In this document: positions 61,973 to 64,000 of the stretch, in pieces
How the letters are laid out: each line of letters starts with the position of its first letter
Position numbering within the stretch: the first letter of the stretch is position 1
Assembly: GCA_963701295.1 (NCBI GenBank)
Contig: OY969585.1
Coordinates: 2,336,001 to 2,400,000, forward strand
Reading direction: 5' to 3'
DNA length: 64,000 nt
Origin: Ignavibacteriota bacterium
GTDB taxonomy: Bacteria; Bacteroidota; Ignavibacteria; UBA10030
Notes under the pieces: generated by a model
Seen by the model: only the letters and a program-made list of their open reading frames with translations
Databases searched by the model: none
Told to the model about the DNA's origin: nothing
Program-made: the position numbers and the translations under genes

Positions 61973-62509
61973 ATGGAGGATATTGCAATGCAAGTTTCCG
62001 ATTACCAGAGTCTAATTCACCAAATGGAGTGGGCTGATGCACTGATTTGGAGATCAGTCCTAAATCTTCCTTCATTGGAATTGGATAGACCCATGCGGGA
62101 ACGTTTGCACCACTTCCATTCGACGCAATGGGCATACGGCCAATTGATGCGAGGAATGCCGCTAGACATCCCCGACCTGAGTACTTTCTCGAACTTGAAG
62201 GCAATCGGTCTTTGGGCATGGCAGTTTTACAAAGAGGTATCAGCGCATTTTGACGGGCTGACCGAAACGGATCTTAAACTCAAAATGGAGTTCCCATGGG
62301 CTGCGCAGATAACCAAACGTTTTGGTAGCGTGGGGCCAGCGACCGTAGGGGATAGCATCTTACAACTTGCGCTCCACACGAGCTACCACCGAGGTCAAGT
62401 GGCATTGCAACTGCGTGAAGCCGGCGGCGAACCCCCACTCACTGACTACATTGCTTGGATCTGGATGGAACGACCCACACCGGATTGGGTATTCATTGAT
62501 GCCATCTAA
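61973..62509 (+). CDS. DinB family protein (cassette gene)
   Basis: HQMEWAD, LHH, QLALHTSYHRGQVA..LREAGGEPP.TDY; stop lies in R''. Confidence 0.88.
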   Translation: MEDIAMQVSDYQSLIHQMEWADALIWRSVLNLPSLELDRPMRERLHHFHSTQWAYGQLMRGMPLDIPDLSTFSNLKAIGLWAWQFYKEVSAHFDGLTETDLKLKMEFPWAAQITKRFGSVGPATVGDSILQLALHTSYHRGQVALQLREAGGEPPLTDYIAWIWMERPTPDWVFIDAI

Positions 62510-62700
62510 CCAAGCGCTCGAGCTGACGGAATGAGCGCGAGTGCGTTAAGCATGGCTGGTGGTGAGTTTGGGTTTTATTTATTACGTTTATTGTACTTCA
62601 CAACTTTAGTGTCTATAAATTTGGTTTTCATCATGAACTTGTTTCATTGGGTGCAAGTCAATAATTATCAACGCCGCAGCTTAGTGCCCGTCCGTTAGGC
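62504..62700 (+). repeat. attC site (197 bp)
   Basis: ATCTAAC..GCTCGAGCTGAC...GCCGCAGCTTAG...GTTAGGC. Confidence 0.88.
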
Positions 62701-62752
62701 CGCCGCATAGAATAAATGTACCCGTCTAATCGTAATTGAGGAGATCGTCTTC

Positions 62753-63226
62753 GTGGAAAAGAATCCTAAAATCTTCGACTATCAACTCCAACTTATTACA
62801 CGACGATGGCAATATTTTGCTACATATCTTGTTATCGTTGGACTTTTTGCTAATATAGTACCAAAGATATATTGGAGTGATAGTACTCAAATTGCTACCA
62901 ATCTCATTCCAATAGAAATCAGGATTTGTATTCCCGTTATTGGAGTTCTTATTGGTATGATCTTTTGTCATTTTATTTCTCTTACTACTTTCAGAATAAA
63001 CTATATAGAATCCTTTTTTACTGAAAAGGAATCAATCACTCACAAGCATATGGATGGGAAATTTTATGGTAAGTCTGAAACTGTATTCACATATATTATC
63101 ATCTATATTATTTCTGTATTTTGGATCGCCTTGCTTTTCAGTGTAAATAAATATATCGCCATAATCATGATAGTTATTGTTAACTTAAATCTTTTCACAC
63201 TAAAGTGGAAAAGACCTATACGGTAG
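62753..63226 (+). CDS. Hypothetical membrane protein (cassette gene)
   Basis: GAGGAG RBS, GTG start, TM segments, between attC sites. Confidence 0.7.
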   Translation: MEKNPKIFDYQLQLITRRWQYFATYLVIVGLFANIVPKIYWSDSTQIATNLIPIEIRICIPVIGVLIGMIFCHFISLTTFRINYIESFFTEKESITHKHMDGKFYGKSETVFTYIIIYIISVFWIALLFSVNKYIAIIMIVIVNLNLFTLKWKRPIR

Positions 63227-63265
63227 ATGGAAAATATGAAGGATGAAATTCTTTCAAAAGCGGCG

Positions 63266-63406
63266 CTTTAACCAGGCGCTTAAGCTGACGGAATGAGCGT
63301 TGGTACGTTAAGCAAGGCGAGCATAGGTTCTGTATAAATTTGAAAGTTCTCATAATGAACTCGTTTCGTTTAGTGTACATTGAAAGTTCATAGTGTGGCA
63401 GCTTAG
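63266..63406 (+). repeat. attC site truncated after L'
   Basis: CTTTAAC..GCTTAAGCTGAC...GGCAGCTTAG, no R'. Confidence 0.8.
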
Positions 63407-63411
63407 TTTAA

Positions 63412-63467
63412 TCCAAAATATACTTTTTACTAAATTTATATTGGATCACTTTTTTGGGGGCACGTCA
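63412..63467 (-). mobile_element. Isolated left end of an outer-type IS3
   Basis: CCAAAATATACTTTTTACTAA...TGGATCACTTTTTTGGGGGCACGTCA resembles 36447-36500. Confidence 0.7.
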
Positions 63468-63566
63468 CAATTGATTCGATAAATTATTTAAACATGATTG
63501 ATAGAAAATCAACTTGAAATCCCTTTTAAACAAGAATATATTTATTCTATTCATCCGGAGAACAAA

Positions 63567-64000
63567 ATGATAAAGTCGTATTTCCTTTTATTGTTGCTGA
63601 GTTCTGTTGCTCTTGCCCAATCGCCTGTCCCATCCGGCGCGAAATTAATAACAGTATCGACGGGAATAGAACAGCCCGAAGGTCCGGTATGGAAAGATGG
63701 AAATTTGCTCTTCAGCGACATTCAGGGTAATGTCATATATAAATGGTCACCCGTCGACAGTTTGCGGACGGTATTTCTCTCACCATCGTGGAATTCCAAC
63801 GGCTTGACACTTGACAAGCAAGGGCGGTTGATTCTCACCCAGATGGGTCTTCGGCGGGTATCACGTCAGGAGACCGATGGAACAATCACCGTTCTCACTG
63901 CGACGTTCAGAGGAAAACGATACAATAGTCCGAATGATATCGTCGTGAAATCTGATGGATCGATATTCTTTACTGACCCCGACTATAATGTCCCTGCCGG
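63567..64000 (+). CDS. SMP-30/gluconolactonase family secreted protein (runs off window end)
   Basis: MIKSYFLLLLLSSVALAQ..., PEGPVW, LLFSDI, NSNGL, YNSPNDIVVKSDGSIFFTDP. Confidence 0.88.
   Translation, partial: MIKSYFLLLLLSSVALAQSPVPSGAKLITVSTGIEQPEGPVWKDGNLLFSDIQGNVIYKWSPVDSLRTVFLSPSWNSNGLTLDKQGRLILTQMGLRRVSRQETDGTITVLTATFRGKRYNSPNDIVVKSDGSIFFTDPDYNVPA

Noticed and set aside
37373-63406. Repeat-spacer pattern as a CRISPR array
   Set aside because: Repeats are 120-200 bp and imperfect, the spacers are whole genes, and no cas genes are present; the pattern fits attC

Overview
Bacterial chromosome segment, most likely from an Ignavibacteria-like FCB-group organism (inferred from the T9SS-type 'NYPNPFNPST' C-terminal domains and gene content). 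1-33.4 kb is mostly core genome: pyrG, a PAS hybrid kinase, recG, a 2x ATP-grasp/GNAT/KamA cluster, leuS, nadK, tRNA-Ala/Val/Phe, a PyrR-attenuated pyrR-pyrB-pyrC operon, pgeF and glmS. From tRNA-Phe (33.3 kb) to the window end is an accessory island. It starts with a broken tyrosine integrase and nested IS3 elements, followed by an integron-like array of co-oriented genes with about 15 complete or broken, unusually long attC repeats; no intI gene is visible in the window. Most notable: (1) an IS110/IS1111 element inserted in an attC site, whose non-coding end carries two short matches to its own end junction (candidate bridge/seekRNA), plus three more attC sites hit at the same nucleotide by orphan ends and a structured non-coding repeat; (2) a GIY-YIG gene between tRNA-Ala and a tRNA-Ala duplicate whose anticodon arm is replaced by a foreign hairpin; (3) attC sites that enclose small genes; (4) an uncharacterised beta-lysine/ATP-grasp operon. 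All calls were made by eye, without database searches.
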